The notes under the pieces were generated by a model that was not told where the DNA came from, made no database searches, and saw nothing but the letters and a program-made list of their open reading frames with translations. From Octopus sinensis (lineage: Eukaryota): a stretch of 64,000 bases of DNA. The DNA lies in NCBI RefSeq assembly GCF_006345805.1, contig NC_043018.1, forward strand, positions 11,904,001-11,968,000, written 5' to 3'. Shown here piece by piece: positions 63,400-64,000 of the stretch; position 1 is the stretch's first letter; each line of letters starts with the position of its first letter. The translations under genes and the position numbers were made by a program.

Positions 63400-63750
63400 A
63401 TGGCTTTGGTGACAAATCAGGAAAGTCACAAGTTGAGCTGGTCACCGGTTCCCCCTTCCACAGTACAACTTAGATGTGGCATCGTCTGGCTTCGACTTGT
63501 TCAGTCCAATGAAGGAAAGCCTTCGTGGACAAGGATTTGATGAAACCGATGAGATGAAAGTGGCTATGAAGAAGTGGGTACAAGTGTGGGTACAAGAGTG
63601 GGTACAAGAAGTGGGTACAAGAGTGGGTACAAGAAGTGGGTACAAGTGTGCACACCTGAATATTTTACAAGAAAAAGGGTTTGAGAGTTGTGTTCAACAA
63701 TGGCATCAATGTAACGCTTGTGTTGGAGATTATTTGTATGGAGAAGGAAT
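63400..63750 (+). mobile_element. Mariner transposase C-terminal remnant with an internal minisatellite
   Basis: YNLDVASSGFDLFSPMKESLRGQGF; six GTGGGTACAA copies at about 63574-63645. Confidence 0.72.
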
Positions 63751-64000
63751 TACTCTAACAGCATTAGCAATTTGAATGACCTATGTCAATTAATAAAGAG
63801 CCATGCCCATTTTTGCATTACTTCTGGTAATACGTGTATGTGTGTGCTCAACTTATATAAGAAACAAACAGAAAATTCCCACAAAAGATATGCACGCTGC
63901 TTCTTCCTTGTCAAATTATCATTCAAAAGATACAATTTCATACTTTTAATGATATGTGTGTGTGTGTGTGAGTCTGCATGCATGTGCATACCAGTATATA

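Overview
AT-rich, repeat-dense animal genomic DNA. The SINE, RTE, CR1, mariner and (TA)n content suggests a coleoid cephalopod, probably Octopus (inference). The whole window lies inside one minus-strand gene. I traced 23 GT-AG exons (62699 down to 1789) whose phases all match, giving a stop-free 4,322-nt frame (1,440 full codons). It encodes 14 complete and 2 partial extracellular cadherin (EC) repeats, with no start, signal peptide or transmembrane segment in the window. Many EC linkers have lost the canonical Ca2+ ligands. The introns hold tRNA-derived SINEs, RTE, CR1, R4-like and Tx1-like LINE fragments, two Penelope-like elements, mariners, hAT- and piggyBac-type MITEs, a Chapaev-like remnant, a Helitron-like element and a 3.4-kb TA-rich array. 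The most notable items are the divergent giant cadherin, a Penelope element with a perfect 287-bp inverted repeat carrying a variant minimal hammerhead, and a PHD finger inside an RTE reverse transcriptase. Repeat boundaries were read by eye and are approximate unless stated otherwise.
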